The notes: generated by a model not told the origin, from the letters alone. A DNA stretch of 62,031 nt, filler included, from Choristocarpus tenellus KU-1152 (GCA_964200185.2; 10 parts of 10 records of this genome joined end to end with filler, not necessarily neighbours in it), one strand, 5' to 3'; numbered from the whole stretch's first letter, positions 1-13,772 are shown. Numbers and translations are program-made.

Positions 1-3000
1 CCTTTTGCGTCCCATGCCTCTCCTGTACCCCCGGCCCCCTCACCCCCCAAAGCTGAAGCACCAGTTCTATCAAGTGGCAAACACCAGTCCAAATGGGTAA
101 GTTTGAAGGGTGATCATGCACCAATCAGGACAATGGGAAGGCATAGGGTAGTGTGTAGGGGAAAAAAAAATATGTGAGGGAGTGGAGGCAGGTGCACGGG
201 GAGTTGGGGGTTTTCAGCCTTGTTGGTTAGGTTATTTAGTGTATTGTGCCACTGCCACAATAGCCAAACTTGTGATACAACATACACTCTGCGCAAAAAC
301 ATGGAACATTTGTCTAGAACATTTACAACATAATCTTCTTACCATAGATGATGTCACCAAGAAGCATGTGGAATAGGGCTTGAGGTTGCACAAGGGAAAC
401 ACTAAGCGCATGTACTACACTTGTGCACACATCACTATTTAAAATAATTGCAAACAGTGCTTTCAATGACGTTACCAGACTTACGACCCAATACAACCAA
501 CCGATTCAACAGCAACAATACTGATAAATGAGTATTGATAAATGAATAAAAACATTTAGAACAAATAATGACCATGCTTGTACTCCATTCATAAATAAAA
601 AGAGACATTACAGCCTCAAAGTGGATCAGATTTATCTGTAACACAAGCAAACAAACTGTGCAATAGAAAAATATACACGACTCCATCAAACACACAGTAG
701 GCACAGCAGGCTGCTAATACACATGCATATCACTATTGCCACAGCAACAACCCTAACAACTCTGAACTCAGCTACTGACCTGGCACCACTTCTCCCTTGA
801 TTAGAAGAACCAGCGGCAGCATAGTCATTGGGTATCTCCACCCCCCTAGATGCAAGTACATCCAGCTTTCGGAGGGCCTTGTGATTGTCCAATCGTGCAA
901 AGGCCAGACTGTCTGACAGCTCCTGGCAGCGAGCCCTCGCCTGTGGATGAGGGGGCGACGAGGGTGTGGTGCAGTGTTGGGGGGGAGGCTTTCTATCACA
1001 GAGTTCAAGGAAGTGGGATTGTCAAACTAGGGATTACAGCTAATTATCTCAAACTCAAGACTGCAATGCACAGCCTAACTTATCTTTTCTGACTATGCAC
1101 ACGCCAACACCAACCTAGACAGAGAACCAACTTCAAGCCTCAAGTTCAGCCCACAGGCTTAATTCTTGATCTCATGCCCTTGACCCCTAATAATTCCACT
1201 CTATGTCAACACCAAAAATAGGGCACTGCCAACATTGTAGTAACAGCTTAGAGTTAGGGTTGGGTGCTCACCGATGAAAGCTGGTCACTCATAAAGTTGG
1301 TCTCTGCAGTCAACCTGCGCTTTTGACCCAAGAGCTGTGCGTGCATGTCCTTGAGGGCTTGCGACCTCACCTCGACAGAGGCCACACCAACGTGTTTCTG
1401 AGGGTTAGGGTTAGGGTCGTTGTAGCCGCAGTAACATCAACACAATTGGAAGTGTTTGGGTTAGGATTTACGAGGGGAGGGGATGCATACACCTGACAAC
1501 AGGCACAAAAGACCTGGGAAAACAATAACAGTGAAATCCACACCATTTCTCCCAAGAAAAATATTAGATAAGGGGATTTCTAACATCTACCCTACAGTAG
1601 GCATGCGATGAATACAATGATCACAATCACAAAAAATGAAGCACTTGAACTATAAAAACACCTACCAAACAACTTTCATGTGTTGATCTATCTACAAAAA
1701 CTCCTTGTTTCCCCAGTATTACCATTAAACAAGACAGCCAAACTCACTTGCATGGCAGCAACAAGCCGCTGTGCCATGTCCACAGTAAAGCGCACTTTCT
1801 TTCCCAACATTTGTTCCATGCCTCGAGAAACATCCTCTAACTTAACCCCCCCCTCTTTCCCACCGCCTTGACCAGCAGAAACCCCATACCCATCTGTGTC
1901 CATGTCAGCATAGACACCTCTAACAAGGAGACGTGCAGTGGACGCAGCGGATTCATCATCTTTCACATCAGGCTCCTGGACAACACAGAACAAGTGGGAT
2001 GGGGGCAGGCAGTGTATGTGTGTGCACTTTCAATGTGTGACAGTATCCTCATCAAGCCAGTCAAGCCTATGGGTGTTCTGACATAAAAGGGAGGCATAAC
2101 AAAATAATGAAATACCACTACAAGACTGAGGTGCTAGTCTCACATGAGACAATAAACAATGCCTCGGTGGTATCTCAATGTCGTATCTGGATATGCACTA
2201 GAAATAAGGGAGGAGGACCAGGGTCTTGACCTAATAGCAGGCTTCAATAACCATGCAGCAGCATTCCAGGGAAACAGAAAAAGGGAAGAGGCCAAGGTAC
2301 AGGTAGGTTTTGAGGGTGAAGGTGAAATTTGGACCACTTCCACTCTCGATATTTTTTTCCACTTTAGTGCATGTTGAGACATGTCTCAGTCTAGTGATGA
2401 CTTCTTTGCGGTGTTTTATCCTTGAGGGTTAGAGTTACGGTCCTTGCTCCCTTCAATTTCCACGCATTTCAAAAACCATGTCTTCTGAAACATTTCAACC
2501 GCCTGTGATCTAGAAAGCTTAGAGCCACGCACCCATGGGTTGGCATGACTGCCTAAGCCTACCTGAAAGCTCTTGCAAAAGAGAAGAGTCCAAGGACAGG
2601 CGGTAGGATAACAAGCACATCTGCAGGCATGTAACTCACATAAAATACTCACTGTAGCGCCATCACCATAACAGAAAAAAATACCCGGTTCACAGCCTTC
2701 GAATGTTATCAACCCTCTCCCCTCTCAAAAGGTTTGGTATAGAACAATGCATAACGACTGCAGAAGGTCAAACAAGATGTTACCAGAGAACAGGCTTGCT
2801 TGCAATCAGCCAAGGGAGGCGTTCATGTCTTGTCCAAACTAAACTTCCATTTTCCTCATGTTGTGGCTTTGATGCACATGCCACCTTCACCAAATCACCA
2901 GATATCTTCATCCAAATCTCTTCGTTCCACCAGGCAAGGCACACAATATCACCACATCAAGTCACCCAGACTCTTGAATTTAGGCAGTGACAGCACAATT

Positions 3001-6000
3001 ACTTCTCCCAAAAAATTACTATTTGCATCATCAATGCAGAACCTTTGTCCCACCCCTCAAACAGCCAGCATAATGAAGTTCCCGTCACACACCCTCCATG
3101 GCTCTGTCCCAGTAAACCCAAACCCCTTGTACATCTTCCTACTTATTCAGTTATAGTGCTCAAAACACACAAGGGGATCATACTGCATTTTCATTGTCAC
3201 CTTACTTTTTGAGAGGAAGTCAGCTGTTGAGGAATCTGCAGCATCAGTCATGAGTATCTTTGCAGCAGGCAACAAGACCTTTTCCAAGAGGGAAGTCTCA
3301 CTTCCCCCCTCCAACCCTCCAAATCCAACAAAACCAAGACAAAAACAATTAAAAAACATACGTTCACGAAGACCAGCAGAAGGAATGCAAGTGTGGTAAA
3401 GGGGCAGGGCATTATAAGCAGAGGAGGTTGTGAATGAGTTGGAGGCAGGACATGAGAGAGTCAACCTATTGGTGTGAAAATTCAACAGTATAAAATAAGA
3501 GAAAGTATCCACTGACCTCAGTCCCCACTCTCTGCATCAAGTTGATTAGGGGGCAAGACGGGAGAGACATATCACACACATTGATTGTTGATCTGTAATG
3601 CACATAAAAGGTACACCGGTACTACAAGGATGACACCCCACCCATCTTACATTAACAGAACCTACGAATCTAGCAAATAACTCGAATCTGCCTTGATATT
3701 CAAAATCTCTCAGTCAAGCTTGTGTACCAATTTTTCCTCTAGATACGGTAATGTCAATTCACAACAAATGGGGCAGCATTCCCATGGCAGTCTCCCCCAC
3801 CCAAGCTCTAACGATCTACCCACACTCCATACCTCATCCCCAACCCTTCCCTTGATGGTTTAACCAGCTGTCGATGACCAAAATCAACACTTCAATAACA
3901 ATTCAAATCTAGACTCTTGGAACTCCATAATGTCAGCCACCTGGTGATAAAAGGCAGTCTACATCCTTCTTCCTCCTCAGTGCTGCCAAAGCCCCACCTG
4001 CTTCAGCTACAGACGCCCACATATACCCCACACTCTGCAACTCAAGCCTCACCTCTTCCTTCCAGGGTGCTGGGCTGCCCCCCTGCTGACTTGGCATGCT
4101 TATCTCCCCCCTTTCCCTTTCCCCCACCACTTTCCTTGACCTTTTCAGCCTTGACCATATCCACTACATTTAACGGACTCTCAGGCTCAATCACTGTTGA
4201 TATTGCTGTGTGCAGATCAGAGGTCACCTGGACAAAAAAACAAGGTTAGAGGAAGGTAACACTAAAATAAGTCTTGTCGAGCTGAGAATAACCTGGGGTC
4301 ACAATTAACAACATATGCCAAGAGCCGTAAAAAATGTCACTATTGGTCTATAATAGAGTCTATAATAGAGATATCTTTAAGCTGGTGGAATTTCCTCAAA
4401 TTGTGCAGGCTCTACCTACTCCTAGCCATAACCCCAGACCTACATAGAATTGATACAACAACGACGGCTGATACATAATGCTATCATTCACAGTACTTTA
4501 ACATCATATTTGTCAACCATGATCAGGAGGCAATGTACCCTTGATCTCATTTACAGCAAAAATGCCAGCATACTCAATGGAAATAATAATATACACTGAT
4601 GTATTACTTGTAATTGACAACACAATATACACGAATATAAGGGATGTAAACCTGGTAGATGTTAATGGGGGGGAGAAGGGGGTGGGAGAGGGCAAGGAGT
4701 ACACCAGAGAAGTGGGGAAGGCAAGCAGTGCCATGGTCAGGGCAGCAGATGGAGATGCATAAAAAGGGCATGGCTGAATCAACAAGGACGGTTGCAATTC
4801 TAACCCCTTCTGTAGAAAGCTGCTATTTAACACTACATGGTCACCCACTGCAATGATTCAGACCGCAAAGTGTGCAAGATGAGGCTGGTGGTGGTAGGAA
4901 AGACCAAAATACATGTACAAGAGATGACCAGGGATCAAGGTCCTGGGCAAAGCAACTAACTTGATTCCACGCCCGATTGACAGCAGAGAGGGTAGCATCA
5001 AAGTGGCCTTGTCGAGATCTGCTCTTGGCTAGCTCCTTCTCCAGTTCCTGCACTGATCTCTTCAGGCGACGCATCTCTGTCACCAGCGCCCGGTTCTGCT
5101 GCTTAAGGAAGAAAGAGCCCTCCCCCTGCTCATGCAATGTGTGTTTCAGCACAAAGACTTGTTTCTGTGAAATTCACGTAACCAATTCCATACACTGTGG
5201 AGGCCTTGTGCTTCCTCTCTATAAGCAATATTCAGGGAGGCGTATGATGCGAGCATCCACGACTACATTGTTATCACCGTTATCCTCACACCTGTAAATA
5301 AAATATTTCCAACCTACAGGCAAGATGATCATCGCGCATCTGAGCCTGTTTTACTAGGTATTTCAGAAGCCCAGCGGAAGGTGGTTGACTTAGAGAATTC
5401 ACAGCAGGAACAGCACCCTCTATCCTTCAACATCATCACATGGAAGCAAAGATGCAAAGCTCAGCTTCGTCCATGGGATAGGTGAATAGAAATGTGAATG
5501 GGAAGGTGCTTGTTCCAAGGAATCTAAGCCAAAGAGGTAGTCAGATCTTGAACATGTGTTAGAAGCAACCAACATTATTCTGAACACTAGTGACAATGTA
5601 CACATTAACATCTAAAATACACTTCCAACCATGACAACATGCAAAAAAGCTATTCTCCCACACAACAAATCAGAGTGGGAGGTGGGGGTGGGTGGTCACC
5701 ATTGGGTTTCTTGTGAAGAACAGGCCCTGATGGACATTTCACTACTATCGATCCCTCAATCACAACCCTAGCATGGGTAGAAACAGGAAGGTCTTCCATA
5801 TAGTATATGATACAATCAGATAGGTGAACATGACTTGCAACGGTGTATTGACATCTATGTCACCAATAAAACTTCATCCCTTGGTAGTTTAGGTAACATT
5901 TTCAAAAGCAAGTGCACCAAACCATCATTGTTGATAATAATGCCTCCAAAATCATGCTTTGAGGTTCTTTTGCATCGTCAGTCTGTCACACTGATTGAAA

Positions 6001-6910
6001 CAACAGTGTTTTAGAGTACCTTCAAATAGATGTACGCCCAGATTTTTATGCGACTTGGTAAATTCGTATTCTAAATGGTGTTAAATACAGCACAAGTAGG
6101 TGTGGTTGTGTAGATTCGAAGATTTCTACCTCCTCTCCATGGATACAATTTGTCAATAGTACTATATTTCCTGCTCACAAAAGGATACCACAGTATTCTA
6201 CCTTACAGTTCATTTAGAAGGTGCGCCCGAACAGTATCCTGAACCCAGTCCCTTAAATGGTTTTAAGTGGTCAATTGCCATAAAAAATTTCTGGTAAATT
6301 ATTTCCTAGTGCAATAAGAGTGGAGCCTGCTGGCACTAGCACAAACTCTCAGCCATAAGCCATTCCTTTTTGAGAATACCTTCTGGCTTGCTCCAACACA
6401 GTGAGCATCAACAATTTTGTAGCATTTTAAAATTTCCAGCATGGGAAGCCAAATCGTGTGTAATCAGCACATTCAATGACATTTTCCACCACAAACACAC
6501 ACTACAAAAAAAACACATGGCAACTAACCCCAAAAAAGACATGCGAAAGCATGCAAGCTTGATTATTATCAGATCCAGCTGTCACACAGTTAAATATACC
6601 TTTCACCGGCTGATGTGTTTTGGTGTGACCTTAGCCAGAGTTCATCATCTGCCTACCATTGCGCAGGAGAACAAATAGCAAAACGCAGGGATTCAACACC
6701 TCTCACCATGGATACAAGCACAGTCAAGGCAGTGCTCAAGTAAGAAATGGGATCGAAATGGAGACAAAAGAGGACAGATGTTTACCATTTGCTCACCATC
6801 TTTTCATCCTCGCCGCTGTCACCAGCAGTCACCTTTTGCCTTTGAGCAGGAGGGGGGGCAGGAGATGACGCAGCCCCCGATTCCGTTGCTCCAGCTATGG
6901 AGCGTTTCAT
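1..6910 (-). CDS. BRE1: BRE1/HUB1 (RNF20/40)-like E3 ubiquitin ligase, N-terminal 8 exons; continues beyond the left edge
   Basis: Phase-consistent exons 6910-6797, 5125-4961, 4227-4053, 3316-3201, 1975-1748, 1370-1272, 940-780 and 66-1. Translation MKRSIAG...QRQKV...|FFLKQQNRALVTEMRRLKRSVQELEKELAKSRSRQGHFDATLSAVNRAWNQ|VTSDL matches the BRE1 N-terminal coiled coil (LxxQNxxL...VNRxWxQ). The RING domain is not in the window. Confidence 0.8.
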
Positions 6911-8028
6911 GTTACTTCACGGGCTTATCGAAAGTTATCTCCCCACCCTGTTTTGTTAAGAAGAAAGCTAAAGTATAGGTACAAGATCCACAGGCTCGTA
7001 TCGCACATCTGGGAACACAATCCTGTAGGTGGATCTCAAGTCCGGCGAAGTGCAACTATATCTCCACAACAACAACGGTTTCTCACAATACCTTGGTATT
7101 TTTCCGTGTCACTATGACTTTGGCAATTTTTTTCCTTTGATTTTGGCTTGCCTAGTAGCCTGTTAGAACCCTCTGAACTCGCTAGAGGGGGCAGTACGGA
7201 GATGTGGGCGCTTTAGGTTGGGTTCCTGAGCAGCAAGAGCCAATGGGAGCCAAGAGAAATCATCAGAGAGGGCAAAACGAGTAGAATGTGTACATATAAT
7301 TGTCTGTCTAGAGCTTTATCTGCAATGGTGGATAACCTTCCCCATTGAATGCGGGGTGTTCCAAACCCAAACGTTTGGACTGCCAAAGTGGGGGTTCAAA
7401 GGTAGGGGTAGAGGGATCCTTCACTGTTTGTTTATCAATAGTCTTTTCAATCGCTTGAGTAATCCACTATACATGCCTGTAATGAATACACCTATGAGGG
7501 TATATATGTCTGCCCGTCAGGCTGGCGATGGTTCCACTCCTCAACACAGATAGGGGACGGTTTCATGTTTTTCTCAGATCCAACCTGAGCTTGACATGAA
7601 TTAGGCCAAGGCATGGCATACACGATAACAAACTATCTACATATTGATATCCGGACTGGTTCCTACCTTCCCGACGATTCTGATCTCCTTTGATCAAATG
7701 GGAGCAAAGCGAACTTACAGCCCCTCTCCCACTGATCCCCACACAGTGACTTGCTTCCGCCTTGTCCCAGGTAGTTACTTAATGCCTCTGAAATCGTAAA
7801 TAGCTCGAGGATATATTTTACAGTAAGTTTTACTGAGAGACAGAGCTGAGATAGCTCATGGGAAACAAGATTAGACAGGAGATGAGGACACAGTGCAAGT
7901 AGTTCTCTATCGACACAACACTCCACAACTTAAATCCACACTTTCATCCGACCGTCCGCCCATCCAAACTTTGTTACTACAATCTGAACAGAATGACATC
8001 AAGTCGACCACTAAACTCAATATCTACC
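6911..8028. promoter_or_regulatory. Divergent (head-to-head) promoter region between the BRE1-like and pentapeptide genes
   Basis: The two start codons face away from each other 1.1 kb apart. CpG is visibly more frequent here and in the adjacent first exons than deeper in the gene bodies. Confidence 0.55.
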
Positions 8029-10104
8029 ATGTTGAGAGTCTTGTTGGCCGTTGCGAGTCTGGGGGTGGTGACAGGCTTCATTCCATCTGTTGTTCCTCCC
8101 CGTTTTTTGAAGACATGTCACCGAGGAAAGGGACCGGAAATGTCGTTTTTGACTGATGGTGAGAGGAATACACACTCTTAGCAGTGACTCCATCTTCGTA
8201 TTTGGTATGGAAAGATTCTCATTACGCCGAATCAGAGTTAAAGGTCGAAGTTGTTTTGATTTACGCTTTAATAATTGCGTATGTGCTTAACGTATCCGAG
8301 GTCGTCGCCATGTTTCGATTTTTGCTGCCGACTTTCCACTTCCTTCGTCAATGCATGAGTCACATATAGAGTTCAAGGGACCTAACATTTGCCTTGGCTT
8401 CTTCTCCCCAAGCCAGGAAGACAGTGCCTGCGGTTCTGCTTGGATTTTCACTCACTATAGGATCACCACTACTATCTTCCGCCCCAGCGTTGGCTGGTGG
8501 AGGGGCGACCAGCGTGAGCGACTCCAAGATTGCACAGGGTGCAGCATCGACTCTCGATTCAGGTTTGTGTTGCCGATTATGTGGCTTTCAAGTTGCTTTG
8601 GAATCGAGTGATACAAACTCCTGTAGATAACGAAAATTACGATGGTGGTGCTTGAATTTGCTATCGATTTCGTGGGTGTTAAGATACAGCAATTAGAATA
8701 CACATTAACACACACGATAATCATGAGTGCGAGCAACCACACTTATTGCTCTCGGCTTGCAGGGGCTAGACGGATCATTACAAGAGGGGTTAACTTGGAG
8801 AATAGCAACTTCAAGGGAAAGGATATGTCGGGTGTGTCCTTCCAGCAGTCACTAGTGCGCGGGACAGACTTCCAGGGAGCTAAGTTGATTGCCGCAGGCT
8901 TCTTTGATGCCGACTTGAGCAATGTCAACTTCGAGGGAGCCAACTTGAACCAGGCGAACCTGGAGCTGGCAAACCTCCTGTGAGCCCTTGCTCTGTGAAC
9001 GGGATTTATTGTAGAACCACCTATTTAGTCCTATTTCGTCTATGCTGCAGTTTTGTATGCAAACATTTCGGCGCCATGAATTGGGGTGTGGAGTGCTTTT
9101 TAAAGTATCATTTTCTCGAATAATTGGGTCATCGCCTCCTATAGAAAACAAGTGCAGTCGTATCCTTGCTTGCCTCCCCTTGATATCTACCTCAAGAGGG
9201 GAGTTTCTATGTGACAGTCCCCTTGAAACCGTCATTGAGGTTTATTGCAATGGTCATTAGTGCACAGCCCCTCCCTTTTGAGAACAGAGAAATGGTAGTG
9301 GCAACCGTTTGTGTCTTCCCTTCTATAGTATCAATAATTGACCTGAAGTATTACATTGGACCTAGACTTGCTTATATTGGCCATTATTTGGCAAGTCTTT
9401 CAATATCACCATGATCACTACAGTGGTGCCAACAATTTTTCTTTAAAATCAACCTTCAATGTTTTATGTTTCCCTCCTGAAACCACCATTGCATTTTGAA
9501 GTGGAGCCAACCTCAAGAATGCTATTGTCACAGAGGCATATATCTCTGGTGCGACCAAGATGGAGCCAGGAAACATTGAAGGCGCTGGTAAGCTGAAATA
9601 GCTCTTGGGGATTTTCTTTGTAACCTTATCATTTTGGTAGGATATTATATTTTATTTTTTGCTTGTAGATATGCAGGTTAGATGGTAGAACTCACCAATA
9701 CTCTCCTAAAATAGTGCAATCACATTGTGGTGGTGCAATGTTTTCCCTTCCCCAAACTCTTACATTGCCATCCAATAGGAAACCTGGAACAACTGTGTTT
9801 GACAGGTTGTATAATAGAGACCTGGCATACACTACCATCAACGGAGTAGAGACATACACAGTTGAGCATTTGTTTAAGTATAGTGTAATGTATGACTTGG
9901 TTTTTCGTCCGTGTATTGTGTCAATCTACGTTGATATTTTTGTTGATAACCAATTCTACCCCTCACTCCCTCAATTTAACTGGCTCTGTAGACTTCACAG
10001 ATACCTTCCTCCGCAAGGACCAGGTCATGTACTTGTGCAAAATAGCCAAGGGAAGCAACCCTGTGACAGGAGTTGACACACGGGATAGCCTGGGCTGCCC
10101 TTAA
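8029..10104 (+). CDS. Thylakoid-lumenal pentapeptide-repeat protein (TL17/TL20.3-like), plastid-targeted
   Basis: Exons 8029-8158, ~8370-8562, 8763-8979, 9502-9587 and 9992-10104. Pentapeptide repeats ([30 protein letters not shown]) and C-terminus [23 protein letters not shown] are typical of the family. N-terminus has a signal peptide with VTG-FIP and a later hydrophobic stretch ending ALA. The exon1/exon2 junction phase is unresolved. Confidence 0.88.
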
Positions 10105-11519
10105 AAAGGATGAAGACGGAGCAAAGGTTTTGAGGATGCTGATGCTTCTGCTGTATATCCCTCAGGTTCTTTGTTTCCGAGAGATATTGTGCTTACCTGG
10201 CTTTGGGGACATTACCACACTTGCTTTTTTGAGCCATGAGTAAATCTTAAGAATATGAGATACCCACTCTTGCATATGTTGGAATGTTTTTGCCACCATG
10301 ACATCAGAGATACTCTGTAAATGATGCTCCTGTCAGAACATGATTCATTCGTTGTGCTGGATGGAAGGTTGATGCTAGACAAAGCTGATTATCTTTCAGA
10401 GTTGCTACATGCTCCAGAGACTATGTACCTCATTTTACAAGTGCTTTTGTGCTAGTTCAATCTCTGCTGGTATTTGGAAGAGTTTAGGTCAGAAGGGTAT
10501 AGGAGTGTGGCTGGTCTCTGAAGCTGTAATAGTGTACTTTCGACATCACTGTGCACACAGCTTTCTGGACTGGAGTTCTTGTCTGAAGCTGAGCTAGGTG
10601 CAGTTTTACGTAAAGGTTGATATTAACATAGTACATAAGCCCAAATGTTGGTTACCTCTCCTGATGCTGTTCTTGCTCATGTGACTTCAACACTTCATTA
10701 ATCACCCCACCTAGTATGCACAGTACTGGACTACACATTCATTTTGACTGTTTAACCTGCTTGGCCGTATTCACCTACTCTTCTGAATGTCGTCTCCCAT
10801 GGTCCCACTAAGGCAGGTATGTGTCCCAGGCTAGGGTTATATTTTTATTACTATTCAGGGATTGTTCTATCAACAGAAGCTTGCCTACTCGTAGGACATC
10901 TTTAAAACTTGGAAGCAATCAGACACATTTCTATACTGCTCATTGTACAACTTCCTTCTGTAAGTGTCCCACATTTTAAATAGACATTAATACTTGTCTG
11001 CAATCAAGTATGCGAGGATTGGAGATCCCTTTGGAATTAAATCAAAATGAAGTAGTGGAGATTGTAGAGCCCAGTGCATCCTAATGTATCAATACGACTA
11101 ACAAGATTCTGCTGATGTTTGCATTATCCTTCATTACTTGTCTTTCATCCTTCGGTCTTACCTTCGTGGTTGAGTATACACAACCAACTGTATATATACA
11201 TTGCAATCAACAGTGAAGAAACATAGACTTAACAGTATGTTCAGAAGTGTCTACCAGGAAGGACATCGGAGTTTTTTTAGGGAAGAAAATCATACTAGTA
11301 GAATTCTAAGCTGCTTAAATTAAAACACTTTTTTATGCCTTCATTGAGGAAAATACTGTTTCACCTGCAGGTAAGTGGTTTTGGTCTGTTACTCTTGAAG
11401 CCCCCCACTCTGCTACAGTAGTATGTGCTTAGATGATAGTTTGTTGATTAGATAAGACTAGAGATGCAATGGCTTTGTCCACTGACACTATGGAGTTCAA
11501 TATGCATACACACAAAAAA

Positions 11520-13440
11520 ACGGAGGAAGTGTAAATTTCCATCTCTACATCCACTACAGGGTCGCTCTCATGCCTCAAGCAGATAAAGTGTAATGTTTCA
11601 AAGTTACCAACAATGCATGAAGAGGAGCCCGGCCTCTTTGGTCCCACAGAATACTGCAATGGTTATAAAAAAGAAATTAAAAACCAAACAATAGCTTTTG
11701 CGAGACACACACCACAGTGCTTCCCACTACTTTGCACCCCCTCCCCCCCCCCAGCCCCCAGTACAGCTACAACACTCTAACCACAAGTACAAACACATAA
11801 TATAATTTCTGCTGTGGACAGAAATCCTTGGAGTACACCACAACAACCACCTACTCTTCACCCACAAAGGCCATGCTTGGAAATCCCAAGTGCAATTAAC
11901 AAAAAACACACACAGCACCTCATAATCAAATATTCTTGATGGCTGGATATCCCTTTATTCATCAGCAACAATTGTATGACCCATTCCACCACGTATTTGT
12001 GGCAAGGGCACATACACAAGTGATCACCTGGCATGAGTTAGAGTACAACCAAAGAATCAATGTAGGATACCATCAAGGCACCCCTCTACGTCTCTCCCAA
12101 CACTTGGCCCCCCTTACTGCTTGACACACGCTCAAGATGTCCTGTCCATGCACTTGCCCTGAAGTAGGTTATCTGATGTTCCTTGCAATCATTCTGGTCC
12201 CAATAGTGGCACTGCTAACCACCCCACAGACACACAGGAGTGAGTTCCTGTAGATTTTGGATGCCCTCAACTTGCATCACATCAAGGAAAGCTCTCTCCA
12301 ATGTCCTTCACCAATTGCTCCAAAAAAATGCAAAAGTGTTCCCCCAAGGCGCACCTACCTTACTTCTTCAATGGAAGATTGCGCCTGTTCATCATTGTGT
12401 CAACCGTGTAAAATATGACCATTGTAAGGATAGGGATGGGTGGGGGGAACCACATACAAAACAGTAACAGATTTCAGAACCCAATTCATGGAAGCGTCAG
12501 AAGGCAATAATCTACCTCAACCATAAGACAATACATGCCATCTTCCACACATTACACCTCTCAAAAGAGGGTCCCCTGAGTGAATTAACATACTTCATGC
12601 CCAAAGGTGTTCAATAGGGAACACACCTAACCACAGCTCTCTTTGCACACTCTTCCAATAGGAAATAAAAGACAATATTTTCAAGTAGTCCTGTTCAGTG
12701 TAGTGTTACACAGAAAGTATAATCAAAAGATGCGATATGAAATTCTGACCTACCTCCACCCATGATATATTCTAGATGTCTGCCCATTCACCTATCCAAA
12801 CTCACCTCTTCTTCTCAAGCATGGCCATGCGCAAGAGCACATCATCAGCATCATCATCTGATTCCTCAGCAGGGACCGGCTCCTAAGTTTCACAAAGTCG
12901 CCACAGATCAAACCGTCATCAAACCACCCAAGTAACACAAGCAAAACAAGAGTACAATGCCAACAGGAAAATTTAATGGAAGAGAGAGAGCAACAACTAC
13001 AGCTCTGCAAGGGTCATTGGGTGAGGAGGTCGTCGTCGACGAGATCGACTGAAACATAAAAGGAGATGAACAGCTTATCCTGGTTGGTATGGCACCAAAG
13101 CAAATGGTACACATACTGCCTACAACACTACAGAAAGTATATAGCATTGATTCGGAAAGTATACTCAATATAGTTCGTCACAGGTGCAGGAGGCTCTTAG
13201 CAATCCCTCCCCTTTTAATGACACGCTCCTTTTTGTCCACAATAGATTTTGGGGCAGTAGGCACCCAATCTGAAACACAACATACATTACCAGACATGAT
13301 TATGCAATCCCTTCTAAACACCTCAAAACATTGTTGGACATAACTTCAACCAGAAATCAATTCCACTTCTCCAACAGGTTCCTCCCACCAACGCACCGCC
13401 GTTACTTCCCATCCGTCATTCAAGTGGATGTTTGTGAAGT
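11520..13440 (-). pseudogene. Decayed multi-exon gene of unknown identity
   Basis: Exon-like blocks with splice signals: FTNIHLNDGWEVTAVRWWEEPVGEVELIS, DKLFISFYVSVDLVDDDLLTQ*, EPVPAEESDDDADDVLLRMAMLEKKR|gtgag and CALGEHFCIFLEQLVKDIGESFP*CDAS*, with in-frame TGA stops. Confidence 0.3.
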
Positions 13441-13508
13441 TGGTAGGTTTTGCAAACTTGTTGTAACAGATAAGAAGTGAGGTTGGATTTACAACAAGTT
13501 TGCAAAAC

Positions 13509-13608
13509 NNNNNNNNNNNNNNNNNNNNNNNNNNNNNNNNNNNNNNNNNNNNTTAATTAATTAANNNNNNNNNNNNNNNNNNNNNNNNNNNNNNNNNNNN
13601 NNNNNNNN
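13509..13608. other. Artificial contig spacer; also at 16986-17085, 20752-20851, 24104-24203, 29448-29547, 33476-33575, 39314-39413, 46309-46408 and 56309-56408
   Basis: Identical 44N-TTAATTAATTAA-44N block that places stop codons in all six frames. Confidence 0.98.
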
Positions 13609-13772
13609 GGGGGGGTGGCGGCTGTCCATTTGGGGCAAATTTTTTCATGTCGCGATTTTTGGGTGATTTGGTTGCGTACGTCGGATGGCTAATGTAAGTG
13701 CACTTTTCCTGGAAATGACCCAAATGGACACCCTGGTGTAGACCCTCCCCTCCCCCCCAGATACTTTGAGTC
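13609..13772 (+). mobile_element. MITE family R2 (~180 bp), left end cut by the contig edge
   Basis: Homologous to 39132-39313, 56128-56288 and 59237-59416. Ends in CCCCCCAGATACTTTGAGTC. Confidence 0.8.

Noticed and set aside
13509-13608. Recurrent TTAATTAATTAA flanked by Ns as a biological repeat or CRISPR-like array
   Set aside because: Fixed-length artificial contig linker.
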